This document shows positions 1-8,591 of a DNA stretch of 37,357 nt, in pieces. The stretch is from assembly GCA_903952785.1 (NCBI GenBank), contig CAJBHC010000076.1, positions 1 through 37,357 of the forward strand, written 5' to 3'. Position numbers and translations under genes: made by a program. The notes below the pieces were generated by a model. It made no database searches, had not been told where the DNA came from, and saw only the letters and a program-made list of their open reading frames with translations. The DNA comes from an uncultured bacterium (GTDB lineage Bacteria > Patescibacteriota > Minisyncoccia > Phycocordibacterales > CAIZLB01). How positions within the stretch are numbered: position 1 is the stretch's first letter; every line of letters starts with the position of its first letter.

Positions 1-307
1 ATAAGAAATGCGATATCCGGAATTGTATTGTTGTCCGATTATAAATTGAGAAAGATATGAATTATCACTTATGAAATAACGCCAGCGCATATCATTTTGT
101 TTGAATAATTCTTTCCGATTTATATTATAAAGATAAGTATAATTATTTGATTACATCATCCAGTATTACATATCCTGTTATCAAAGAAGATGCGGATAAT
201 GGTGTTGTGTTAGATAAACATGAGGTTATGTATTTTAATCGTAACAAAAGAGAAAAACAGAATATATTATTTTTTGATTCCATTGATAATGGTGTATAAT
301 AAATTAT

Positions 308-811
308 ATGGTATTTGGATATCAACAAGGTGGTAGTTTTTCACAACACAAGCAAGCACTTGGGTTTGATGCCGCTGCTTCTGAACAGGTTCGTCTTAAA
401 CAAGTTACGGAGCAGAGAAAAAGAGATCAACAAATGCGTGCAAAACATGATATGGTATCTAAAGAGGTTAAACTTAGAATGGTGAAGGATGAGATAAGTA
501 GGAGGGCTATGGATTTAAAGAGAGTGGAATCTAATATTGCTCGTCTGTCTGCTCCAAGCCATGCTCATGCTGAGAATTTTGATTTAAAGATTAGAGAACT
601 AAGGAATAAAATTAAAGACCTTGAGAAGGAGATTGAAAAGGAGATAAGTCTAAAGGCCTATGCAGAAAAGATTGGCGCTAATCAAGAAAGAGAGATTGCC
701 ATTGTTGCCGGCAGAAAAAAACTTGAAGAAGGAGAGATTGCAAGATTAAAAACAGAGGAGCATCATCTTGAGATAGAGATTGCCGAGTTGAATAAATTGG
801 CTGTCCAATAA
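308..811 (+). CDS. hypothetical coiled-coil protein
   Basis: 167-aa ORF rich in K/E/L/I heptad-like sequence (IRELRNKIKDLEKEIEKEISLK, EEHHLEIEIAELNKL). No catalytic motif recognised. Confidence 0.55.
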   Translation: MVFGYQQGGSFSQHKQALGFDAAASEQVRLKQVTEQRKRDQQMRAKHDMVSKEVKLRMVKDEISRRAMDLKRVESNIARLSAPSHAHAENFDLKIRELRNKIKDLEKEIEKEISLKAYAEKIGANQEREIAIVAGRKKLEEGEIARLKTEEHHLEIEIAELNKLAVQ

Positions 812-1054
812 TTCCACAGTTTCTGTTTTTTTTGTGTCTTTTAATATGATTGAATTGTCGATCTGTGAATCGTGCCCTAGAAAGTGGACATTGACGATAT
901 CCGCTTTACTGGGTACAGTTCACTATAGTGTCACTTTATGTGAGTTGATACGGACTCTGTTCAAGCTACTGAACATAGTTGACGCTTAATTAACTCTTTT
1001 GTTTTACTTAAAATAATGTAAAATGGTTGTAATAATCTTTCCAAAATAATAAAA

Positions 1055-2242
1055 ATGTTTATATTTAAATCTCAAAAAGAATACGCTTTAATTGATGCTG
1101 GAAATGGCTTTAAATTGGAAAAATATGGTGAATACTTGATTGCAAGACCAGACCCTCAAGCTTTATGGCCTAAGGTTGTTATGGGTTTGTATGCGGGTAG
1201 TTTTGTGCCGTCCGTAGGAAGTGGTGAAAGTTTGAGTTTGAAAGCGGGGAGTGATAATTTAAATCTTTGGCCAAACATTGATGCTGTGTTTGCTAAATCA
1301 GGAAATAGTGGCGGAAGCGGAAGAGGGGTTGACCGTGGTCAAAAAACGAGTCAAGGACAGCAAACGAGTCAAGGTCAACGGCTACGAGATGACTCAGCTC
1401 ATAGTGATGAAGAGGGTGATACTGGAAACTGGATTAAGACAAGGACAATTCCAGAAAGATGGCCTGTCAAATTTGAGATGGGAGGTGATTTACCAGCACT
1501 CAATATTTATGCAAGACTAACTCCCTTTAAGCACACTGGAATCTTTCCTGAGCAATTTACAAATTGGAAGTGGTCAATGGATTTGATTAAAGAATCCTTG
1601 GATGAGTCAGGGGGCAGAGTTAAAAAATTCTCAAAGGAAAGTCCTCCAAAAATCTTGAATCTTTTTGGATATTCTGGGGCGGCAACAATCGCCTGTCTTT
1701 TGGCCGGAGCACATGTTACTCATGTTGATTCATCAAAAGGTGCCATAACTTGGGCAAATGAAAATGCAGAAATTGCTGGAGTGAAAGATGCACCAGTTAG
1801 GTGGATTTTGGAAGACGCTGTTTCCTTCATTAAGAAAGAGGTAAGAAGAGGAAATAAGTACGATGGAATAATCTTAGACCCACCAGCTTTTGGACGAGGT
1901 GCAAAGGGTGAGGTTTGGAAAATTGAAAAAGATTTTCTACCATTCTTGGAATTAATTTTTGAACTACTGTCTGACGATGCACTTTTCTTGATTTTGAATG
2001 GATATGCAGCAGGGTATTCTTCAATCGCATATGCACAAAACTTACAAAGTTTAACTGCTGTGAGAGGTGGTGTTGTTGAACATGGCGAACTTTGTATTGA
2101 ACAAGATCTGGGAGGGTTTGAAAAGCTGATCGGCGACAAGTCGAGTGGCAAGATGGGGGACGGGATGAGAGACAGAATTGCAGCCACTATGCCCGCAATT
2201 TTGCTTCCTTGTGGAATCGTCGCACGCTGGAAATGTGCTTAG
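1055..2242 (+). CDS. class I SAM-dependent methyltransferase (RlmI/RlmK-like rRNA methyltransferase family) with low-complexity insertion
   Basis: SAM-binding motif I-like LNLFGYSGAATIACLLAGAHVTHVDSS and motif IV-like IILDPPAFGRG. An N-terminal insert (GGSGRGVDRGQKTSQGQQTSQGQ) is absent from canonical members. Confidence 0.7.
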   Translation: MFIFKSQKEYALIDAGNGFKLEKYGEYLIARPDPQALWPKVVMGLYAGSFVPSVGSGESLSLKAGSDNLNLWPNIDAVFAKSGNSGGSGRGVDRGQKTSQGQQTSQGQRLRDDSAHSDEEGDTGNWIKTRTIPERWPVKFEMGGDLPALNIYARLTPFKHTGIFPEQFTNWKWSMDLIKESLDESGGRVKKFSKESPPKILNLFGYSGAATIACLLAGAHVTHVDSSKGAITWANENAEIAGVKDAPVRWILEDAVSFIKKEVRRGNKYDGIILDPPAFGRGAKGEVWKIEKDFLPFLELIFELLSDDALFLILNGYAAGYSSIAYAQNLQSLTAVRGGVVEHGELCIEQDLGGFEKLIGDKSSGKMGDGMRDRIAATMPAILLPCGIVARWKCA

Positions 2243-2317
2243 CAATATGATATAGTTGTAATCGGCGGTGTAATGAAAATCGTAAAGATTTAAAATTCAA
2301 ATAAATAAAATTCAATT

Positions 2318-2614
2318 ATGAATGAATCCATAGAGCAAGAAATTAAGGAAATGCGAGATGATTTGGACGAGATCAAAGAGATGATGGTTGAGAATAATAA
2401 GATGATCAGACGTCTTCATAATGCATATCGTATCTCTTATGCCGTTTCTATAATCAAATGGGTCATAATTATTGGCTTTACATTGGGTACATTTTACTAT
2501 ATTCAGCCATATCTTGAGAATATACTAAAACTGTATGGTAGTATAAATTCTTTGACGGGAGGGGTTGAAAATAATGGAGGAATTGATATCCTTAATGCGT
2601 TGAAGAAGTTTTAA
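2318..2614 (+). CDS. small membrane protein, N-terminal acidic coiled coil plus one TM helix
   Basis: 98-aa ORF. EIKEMRDDLDEIKEMMVENNKMIRRL is followed by the hydrophobic segment AVSIIKWVIIIGFTLGTFYYI. Confidence 0.5.
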   Translation: MNESIEQEIKEMRDDLDEIKEMMVENNKMIRRLHNAYRISYAVSIIKWVIIIGFTLGTFYYIQPYLENILKLYGSINSLTGGVENNGGIDILNALKKF

Positions 2615-2662
2615 GAGGGTGGGGAAGATAGGGTGGATGTAGGTGGCACAACGCCACATAAT

Positions 2663-2735
2663 GCCGAGGTAGCTCAGTTGGTAGAGCATTTCCCTGAAGA
2701 GGAAGGGGTCGCCGGTTCGAGCCCGGCCCTCGGCA
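2663..2735 (+). tRNA. tRNA-Phe (anticodon GAA)
   Basis: Hand-folded cloverleaf: acceptor GCCGAGG/CCTCGGC, D arm GCTC-AGTTGGTA-GAGC, anticodon loop CTGAAGA, T arm GCCGG-TTCGAGC-CCGGC, discriminator A. Confidence 0.9.
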
Positions 2736-2772
2736 CTAGAGTTTTGAATAGGTTAATTTAAGGTAAAAGAAA

Positions 2773-2800
2773 CACCCGAGTCCTGTGAAGGACCCGGGTG
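2773..2800. terminator. bidirectional hairpin terminator between tRNA-Phe and the convergent G+C-rich lipoprotein gene
   Basis: CACCCGAGTCC-tgtgaa-GGACCCGGGTG stem-loop, with T-rich runs following it on both strands. Confidence 0.6.
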
Positions 2801-2842
2801 GGTTTGGTTGTTTGGTTTTAGATCGGGGTGGTGACGCTATGG

Positions 2843-3544
2843 TTAGTAGCGTCGTTGTGGCGGGTACGGCATCCTCGGTTGAGGTTGACGTTGTCCACCA
2901 GGCAAACATTGCGGTACAGGCTGGCATTGTGGCACTGGCCGACACACAACAACTGGCTGAGGTCGACGAGGTGGTTGCCAGCAATTTGTAATTTGCTGAC
3001 GTGGTTGTGGTTGCTGGCAGATCACCCTCGGTTGAGGTTGTCTCCATTCCTGTTGGAACGTTGGCTGTGGGCGGGGTTGCGGTCGTGGTTGCGGTGGTAA
3101 AGCCACTACAACCCTGTTTTTACACCTTATCCTCCAGGTCTCCTTTGTGACCGGATTGTGGAAGACAACTTCCCCATCGGGCACTACTTGGAATTGGGCA
3201 CGCCCTTTTCCAATGTCATTCAACCAGTATTTGCAATCCGGTCCAAAGGCATCGGTCCAAAGGATTTTAACGCACCCCGGGGTCGGGGTGGTGGATTGGC
3301 CCCCAAAACAATCTGTGTTGAATATCTTCCCCACCATTTGATGGGGATTCCATTGCTGTTGTTGTGGTTGGTCGTACTGGCCCCCATTAGGAGGTCTCAT
3401 CATCTGACCCTGCTGAGGGCCACCGACGCCGTTGAATCCAATGGTGGCCATTGGACCCACCGATATTTGCATCCCCCCACACGAAACGAGGTGGAGGATT
3501 GCGATCGCCAGGGCGATCATTTTGATTTTGATAATCATTTTCAT
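2843..3544 (-). CDS. predicted lipoprotein, P/Q-rich with Cys-containing C-terminal repeats (ORFan)
   Basis: Signal peptide plus lipobox (MKMIIKIKMIALAIAILHLVSC). PQPRPQPRPQP and QPQPR repeats. G+C-rich coding sequence. Sits downstream of a consensus promoter and long leader. Overlapping + strand ORFs were judged artefacts of high G+C. Confidence 0.65.
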   Translation of the reverse strand: MKMIIKIKMIALAIAILHLVSCGGMQISVGPMATIGFNGVGGPQQGQMMRPPNGGQYDQPQQQQWNPHQMVGKIFNTDCFGGQSTTPTPGCVKILWTDAFGPDCKYWLNDIGKGRAQFQVVPDGEVVFHNPVTKETWRIRCKNRVVVALPPQPRPQPRPQPTFQQEWRQPQPRVICQQPQPRQQITNCWQPPRRPQPVVVCRPVPQCQPVPQCLPGGQRQPQPRMPYPPQRRY

Positions 3545-3612
3545 TTTCTTGTCTTTCTAATCTTGGTTGTTGGTTTGGTTGTTCTAGATAGATATCATCC
3601 AGCTAACTATAT

Positions 3613-3640
3613 GTTAACTAAGTAATATCTACCTAAAACC
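3613..3640 (-). promoter_or_regulatory. conserved 28-nt leader motif, copy 1 (minus strand GGTTTTAGGTAGATATTACTTAGTTAAC)
   Basis: 27/28 identical to 4405..4432. Lies inside the 5' leader of the 2843..3544 gene. Confidence 0.6.
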
Positions 3641-3732
3641 TCCAAAATCAATCAATTTAAGACAAAACATGAAGAACGAACATCACCAATCTTCTCTAAA
3701 ACCTATGTATTTAAAGGAACTGTACAGCCTGT

Positions 3733-3761
3733 ATTATATAACTATTAAACTTATTTGTCAA
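3733..3761 (-). promoter_or_regulatory. sigma70-type promoter (TTGACA-17 nt-TATAAT) for the 2843..3544 gene
   Basis: The minus strand reads TTGACA (3761..3756), a 17-nt spacer, then TATAAT (3738..3733). This implies a leader of about 180 nt. Confidence 0.7.
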
Positions 3762-3773
3762 GCAGATTTTTGG

Positions 3774-3826
3774 CAAAAAAAATACCGCTCGGTGCGTGGC
3801 CTCCTAGGGGAGACGACGCACGAGCG
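3774..3826 (-). terminator. rho-independent terminator of the 3979..4317 gene
   Basis: On the minus strand an 11-12 bp G+C-rich stem (CGCTCGTGCGT ... ACGCACCGAGCG) is followed by TATTTTTTTT. Confidence 0.65.
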
Positions 3827-3978
3827 ATATGGTATTTTGAGGCGGTTTTTCATGCGCCTCGGGGGTTTTTGTTGATTGATTGGTTGCTCGCCCTGCATTC
3901 GCGGGGCACCGATGTACCTTGGCCTGTTAGGGCTTTGGCATGATAGGAACCCTCTGCTTGTTCCAGGCCCAGCGCCCA

Positions 3979-4317
3979 TCATAGTAGATGGGCAGATCTT
4001 GACCCCACGGGATCCTCACAGACCCCTCTCCTCTTATCGAGGTAGACCGCTGTGGGACTTTCGCCGTAGACCTTCCCCCAGCTTGTCAGCTGGGCCCCCT
4101 TGGTGGGGCTCGCGGGGTGACCTACGAATGGGTTGGGTGGGCGGACTCCCTGGTGGTGGATCCCCTGTGGAAGGCTCCAGCTGTCCCAGCTCCAGTTGGG
4201 GAAGTAGTGAGTAACTACCTTTCCAGCGTAGTATGCCGCTGGGGCAAGTAGTGCGATCAGGGCGAGGGCGATGAACGGGGCTGCGATGCCTAATAGAATC
4301 TTATTTGTGGTTGACAT
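3979..4317 (-). CDS. small membrane-anchored or secreted Trp-rich protein (ORFan)
   Basis: 112-aa ORF with an N-terminal hydrophobic helix (ILLGIAAPFIALALIALLAPAAYYA). Preceded by a promoter and leader paralogous to that of 2843..3544. The competing + strand ORF 3876..4214 has no such context. Confidence 0.5.
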   Translation of the reverse strand: MSTTNKILLGIAAPFIALALIALLAPAAYYAGKVVTHYFPNWSWDSWSLPQGIHHQGVRPPNPFVGHPASPTKGAQLTSWGKVYGESPTAVYLDKRRGVCEDPVGSRSAHLL

Positions 4318-4404
4318 GGTTGCTGTTGTTCTATTGGTTGTTGTTTGGTTTGGTTGCTGTTGTTGGTTTGGTTTGGTTAGACAGATACCGCCAAGCTAAC
4401 CTTG

Positions 4405-4432
4405 GTTAACTAAGTAATATCTGCCTAAAACC
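4405..4432 (-). promoter_or_regulatory. conserved 28-nt leader motif, copy 2
   Basis: The minus strand reads GGTTTTAGGCAGATATTACTTAGTTAAC, with one mismatch to copy 1. Confidence 0.6.
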
Positions 4433-4527
4433 GCTATAAACAACGACAATCAAGAAAAACAATCATGAACGTACCTTTCGGCCCGCGTCACATCTCTCAA
4501 TCAACATGTTAAAGAACTATATGGAGT

Positions 4528-4556
4528 ATTATATAACCATATGTTGATTTTGTCAA
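4528..4556 (-). promoter_or_regulatory. sigma70-type promoter (TTGACA-17 nt-TATAAT) for the 3979..4317 gene
   Basis: The minus strand reads TTGACA (4556..4551), a 17-nt spacer, then TATAAT (4533..4528). This implies a leader of about 200 nt ending in a CA-rich tract. Confidence 0.7.
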
Positions 4557-4573
4557 GTATTTTTTAAATATCC

Positions 4574-5128
4574 CTAGATACTCTTAATTCTAACCTTCAT
4601 TTGCCTATCCTTATCAACCCTTGGTAATTTAAGTGTCAAAATACCTTGTGATTCAATAGCTTCAGCATGTTCAATATCAACTTCATGTGGCAATTGAATA
4701 TTTCTTGAGAAAGAGCCCCAATAAAGCTCTCGATGGAAGTAATCATCATCAGCAACAATCTTTTCCTCTTTTCTAACACCTTTAAGTAGTACAGAATCTC
4801 TAGTTAAATTAATTTCCAAATCTTCCTTTTTGACTCCAGGAATCATAGCTTTGACGATAACGTCATCTTGCGTTTGATAGACATCAATAGATAGTTCACT
4901 ATCAGCTGAAGAGTCATCCATCCATGAAGATCTATTTTTGTCATCAAATTGAGGATGAAGCTGAACATTCTTTTTAGGACCAGACATAACTGGCTTAGTA
5001 TTTTTTGCTGGAGAGAAATCATAATCTTCAGCTTCTTCTAATTGCTCGTCTTCATCGATATTAACCGCACCCGTTAGTCTTTCAAAAAAGGATCTTTTTT
5101 TCATATTTTTTATATATTTACTATTCAA
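4574..5128 (-). CDS. Hsp20/alpha-crystallin family small heat shock protein
   Basis: Alpha-crystallin domain: IDVYQTQDDVIVKAMIPGVKKEDLEINL ... GSFSRNIQLPHEVDIEHAEAIESQGILTLKLPRV. The 5128 start is TTG, and the ATG at 5104 (MKKRSFFERL) is a likelier start. Confidence 0.85.
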   Translation of the reverse strand: MNSKYIKNMKKRSFFERLTGAVNIDEDEQLEEAEDYDFSPAKNTKPVMSGPKKNVQLHPQFDDKNRSSWMDDSSADSELSIDVYQTQDDVIVKAMIPGVKKEDLEINLTRDSVLLKGVRKEEKIVADDDYFHRELYWGSFSRNIQLPHEVDIEHAEAIESQGILTLKLPRVDKDRQMKVRIKSI

Positions 5129-5214
5129 TTATAATGCATTGAATAAAAAAAAGCCAGAATTCTTATTTAATTAGATAAATATTTCTGTTTTGGCTAAGGT
5201 GTTTGGGGAGAGCC

Positions 5215-5970
5215 CTAGAACTTTTTAATCATCTTCACCTTCTCTAATGACAAAATAAGAAGAATTATTGAAATCCAGACAAATGAAAACGCAATAAACA
5301 TATTTTGTTCATCGCTTATCACAATAATATAATTAAAAATAGTATGGATTATTCCAGCGGCAATTAATCCAACTAGCGCCCAAGATACTTTACCTAACTT
5401 TTTCTTATAAAAACTATACCCAACAAATACTGAGAAAACTCCAGAGGCCGCAACATGAAGAAGGCTTGCCCCCATAAATCTTGCGGTGCCGGTCAATACA
5501 CTGGCTACCATATCTCCGTTAAATAGTGGGGTTAATAAGAAGAGAGTGTTTTCCATTGCAGCAAACCCTAGCGCAACACTCATCATGTATATAAAAGAAT
5601 CGATCGGTTGATCGTACACATTTTTTAATCTCAGCGCAACAAGCCAAGCTGCGCCAAATTTAACTGCCTCTTCAATAATCGCCCAGATATAAATTGCAGA
5701 TAAGTTACCATCCATCAAGTCAAAAAGACTAACTGATATTTTTTGTAGAGGGTAAACCACAAATACTCCGATCATTCCCGCGATGAAAGATAGAAAAATA
5801 ATATCCTTTGGTTCATGATGGTCATTTGATTCATGCATCCAAAACCACAGCCAAAAAACAGCGGGTAAGACTCCGCCGATTAAGGCGTACATAAAAGTTT
5901 CAATAGTAAAAAGCGGGACACTGTGTAGTATTTCCAGATAGCCTGATATTATATTTAAAAGGTTGGCCAT
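5215..5970 (-). CDS. prsW: PrsW-family intramembrane metalloprotease-like membrane protein
   Basis: Polytopic membrane protein with an EEAVKF motif (the EExxK of PrsW) and a distal HTIFN motif. Its start overlaps the valS stop by 16 nt. Confidence 0.6.
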   Translation of the reverse strand: MANLLNIISGYLEILHSVPLFTIETFMYALIGGVLPAVFWLWFWMHESNDHHEPKDIIFLSFIAGMIGVFVVYPLQKISVSLFDLMDGNLSAIYIWAIIEEAVKFGAAWLVALRLKNVYDQPIDSFIYMMSVALGFAAMENTLFLLTPLFNGDMVASVLTGTARFMGASLLHVAASGVFSVFVGYSFYKKKLGKVSWALVGLIAAGIIHTIFNYIIVISDEQNMFIAFSFVWISIILLILSLEKVKMIKKF

Positions 5971-8297
5971 TGTTCGGTCATTAATAATTCTCGAGTTTTA
6001 AGTTCTGCGGGAAGAAGTGACCAAATTTCTTGAGTGACATGTGGCATGAATGGATGCAATGTCTTAACGATTAATGCAAGTGTTTCTAATAAAAACTTTG
6101 CGCGAGATTTCTTTTTGGCAATTGCATCGGCGCTAAGATCATCAACACCCACAAAAATTTCTTTACTATCTTCAAGAATAATATCTGCAAACTCCTTCCA
6201 TGTGTAATTATACAGGTCTTCTGCAACAATGTGAATCTTTAAGTTGTCAATATTTGTGGATATCGATTTAAAAATCTCATTTCTCTTTTCTATTAGCGCC
6301 AGATCAGCATTTGTAAAATTAACATGTGGATTATTTGCTGTATCATTTAAGCCTTCTGTTGCTGTTAAAATAAATCTTGTTACATTCCAAATCTTATTTG
6401 CGAAGTGTTTATAGCCTTTAATTTTATTTTCATCAATCTTACTATCAGTGCCGGGTGCTGTTCCAAATATCAGTGACATTCTACCGGCATCCATTCCAAA
6501 TTTGTGAGCGATTTCTATTGGATCAATTCCATTTCCCAGCGTCTTTGAGAATTTTCTTCCTTTCATGTCACGAACCATTCCAGTGAATAATACTTTATGG
6601 AAGGGAACAGTTCCCAATACGTAGCCAGTCATAAGAATCATACGTGCCACCCAGAAGAAAATTATGTCATGACCAGTAACAAGGAGGTCAGTTGGGTGGT
6701 AAATTGAGAAGTCACTTAGAGGGCCAGTTTTTGTTGGCCAGCCCATTGTGGAGAAGCTCCAAAGGCCTGACGAGAACCAGGTGTCTAGTGTGTCTTCATC
6801 TTGAATCCACTCGCTTGCGTCGGCGCCCGTTGGCGCTTCTATCCCACAATAAATCTCATTGCCCTTATACCAAACGGGAATTCTGTGGCCGTACCAAATT
6901 TGACGGCTTATGCACCAATCGTTCAAATTATCTATCCAATTGAAATATGTTTTCAAGAAGTGCTCTGGCAACATCTCAACTTGACCACCTGAAACTGCTT
7001 TCTGCATTATTTCCTTGAGTGTAGTTTCTGATCCAGATTCTATTCCTTTGATACTTGAATGTTCCATCTTGAATGGCTTATTAACCGCAACAAACCATTG
7101 AAGCTTTGGAAGTGGTTCAACAATTCCGCCCGTTCTCTCTGCTGTTGAAACTCTCTGATCAATTTCCGTTTCTTCAATTAACAAATCATTTTCTTTTAGC
7201 CATAGAACTACGGATTCGCGTGCTTCCACAACTTTTTTACCAAGAACCTCTGGTCCACCAACCATCATACGAGCTTTTTCATCGATAACTTGAATCATTG
7301 GCAAATTGTGACGCTGTGCAATTTCATAGTCAGTCATGCTATGAGCTGGAGTGATACCAACAGCACCAGTTCCAAAATCCATCTCAGCTGCATAGTCTGC
7401 GACAATTTTAATTTTTATTGGGGCACCACAAAAATCCATTTCATATTCTTTTCCAACATATTCTTTATAACGTGCATCATCTGGATTAACCGCAACGGCA
7501 ACATCACCCAATTTTGTCTCAGGTCTTGTTGTTGAAATTGCGATAGGGAAGTCCTTGCTATATTTGAAAGTATAAAACTTTGCTTTGCGGTCCTCGTAAA
7601 CTATCTCATCATCGGAAATTGTGGTTTGTCCTTTTGGGTCCCAGTTGATAACCCTGTTCTTTTTGAAGATGAGGCCATCATCGTACATTTTTTTGAAAAC
7701 TGTTTTAACGGCAAAGTTTCTTTCTTCATCTAGGGTGAAGGCTTCTCTTGACCAATCGATGGATGCGCCAAGGGTTTGAAGTTGTGAGACAATGGTGTCT
7801 CTACTTTGCTGTGCAAATTCGCCAATTCTCTTTAATAGCTCTTCTCGGCCTAGGTCATGTCTGTTTAACCCTTCGGCTTTTTGAATATTCTTCTCAACCA
7901 TTGATTGAGTTGCAATAGCAGCATGATCTGTTCCAGGAATCCAAAGGGTTCTAAATCCCTGCATACGCTTATATCTAATTACAATGTCTTGCGTAGTAAA
8001 GCCAAGAGCGTGTCCCATGTGAAGCGTTCCGGTGACGTTCGGTGGGGGAAGGATGATGCTGTAAACTGGAGCATCAGCTTTTGTGATGCCTTCTTTAATA
8101 CAAACATCTGGATTGTAAAATCCACTTTCACGCTCTTGTTTTTGAATGCGGGGCTCAACCTCTGTTGGATCATAGGGCTTTAGGAGTTCTGGGGGGATAT
8201 TTGGGATGAATGCGGGCGCACTGGACATGGCTTCAGTTTTTGCGTCTGATTTTGCGGCTACTTCGGCGTCCGGGTTTATGTTTATATCTTCGTTCAT
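5955..8297 (-). CDS. valS: valine--tRNA ligase (short form without long C-terminal coiled coil)
   Basis: PPPNVTGTLHMGHA (HIGH motif), KFSKTLGN (KMSKS motif), and an editing-domain-like TTRPETKLGDVAVAV. Confidence 0.92.
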   Translation of the reverse strand: MNEDININPDAEVAAKSDAKTEAMSSAPAFIPNIPPELLKPYDPTEVEPRIQKQERESGFYNPDVCIKEGITKADAPVYSIILPPPNVTGTLHMGHALGFTTQDIVIRYKRMQGFRTLWIPGTDHAAIATQSMVEKNIQKAEGLNRHDLGREELLKRIGEFAQQSRDTIVSQLQTLGASIDWSREAFTLDEERNFAVKTVFKKMYDDGLIFKKNRVINWDPKGQTTISDDEIVYEDRKAKFYTFKYSKDFPIAISTTRPETKLGDVAVAVNPDDARYKEYVGKEYEMDFCGAPIKIKIVADYAAEMDFGTGAVGITPAHSMTDYEIAQRHNLPMIQVIDEKARMMVGGPEVLGKKVVEARESVVLWLKENDLLIEETEIDQRVSTAERTGGIVEPLPKLQWFVAVNKPFKMEHSSIKGIESGSETTLKEIMQKAVSGGQVEMLPEHFLKTYFNWIDNLNDWCISRQIWYGHRIPVWYKGNEIYCGIEAPTGADASEWIQDEDTLDTWFSSGLWSFSTMGWPTKTGPLSDFSIYHPTDLLVTGHDIIFFWVARMILMTGYVLGTVPFHKVLFTGMVRDMKGRKFSKTLGNGIDPIEIAHKFGMDAGRMSLIFGTAPGTDSKIDENKIKGYKHFANKIWNVTRFILTATEGLNDTANNPHVNFTNADLALIEKRNEIFKSISTNIDNLKIHIVAEDLYNYTWKEFADIILEDSKEIFVGVDDLSADAIAKKKSRAKFLLETLALIVKTLHPFMPHVTQEIWSLLPAELKTRELLMTEQWPTF

Positions 8298-8591
8298 ATT
8301 TATATTAATTTATATAATTATATTAGCATAAAGTAGGGGATTATAAAGGTCATTTTGTGGGGTGTGAGTATTTTTGTGATTATGTTGACTGGGGCAGATT
8401 AATATTGTAATGTTTCAGGCGGAGGTGGGGTATTTTACTCTGCTGAGACCATGTTTTTTGAATCTAAATTGACAGAAAGATTATATGAGAATATTAGCTG
8501 GACAACGTGAGTGTGTTGACCCAGAATTGAAAATGGCGGTGGCACTACAGGAACCCACCTGGCTTGAGATGGCGGGTTTCCTATTTCATTT

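Noticed and set aside
1-90. Possible partial minus-strand CDS running off the left edge (MRWRYFISDNSYLSQFIIGQQYNSGYRISY...).
   Set aside because: Only 30 codons are visible and there is no recognisable motif, so the evidence is too thin to report as a feature.
143-328. 61-aa minus-strand ORF.
   Set aside because: It is low-complexity and hydrophobic or AT-driven, overlaps the start of the 308..811 ORF, and has no motif or expression signal.
1320-1380. Short direct repeat ACGAGTCAAGG x2 encoding QKTSQGQQTSQGQ in the methyltransferase.
   Set aside because: This is a low-complexity insertion of a kind common in reduced-genome lineages. It is noted in the feature evidence but is not interesting enough to list as a finding.
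2785-4214. Multiple long overlapping ORFs on both strands inside the G+C-rich island (for example 2785..2991+, 2828..3100+, 3158..3625+, 3758..3982-, 3876..4214+).
   Set aside because: High G+C suppresses stop codons in all frames. Only the two minus-strand ORFs have a signal peptide or TM helix and sit behind the paralogous promoter/leader modules.
4320-4380. GGTTT/GTT-rich microsatellite-like tract.
   Set aside because: It is the complement of the CA-rich 5' leader of the 3979..4317 gene and is treated as part of that leader. It is not an independent repeat locus or a CRISPR array.
6692-8183. Several 60-92 aa ORFs antisense to valS.
   Set aside because: They lie entirely inside a confidently identified gene on the opposite strand and are typical shadow ORFs.
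8298-8591. T-box riboswitch upstream of valS, or SRP/4.5S RNA.
   Set aside because: I reverse-complemented the spacer and found no T-box core (GGTGGTACCGCG-like), no specifier-loop arrangement and no SRP helix-8 GGAA motif.
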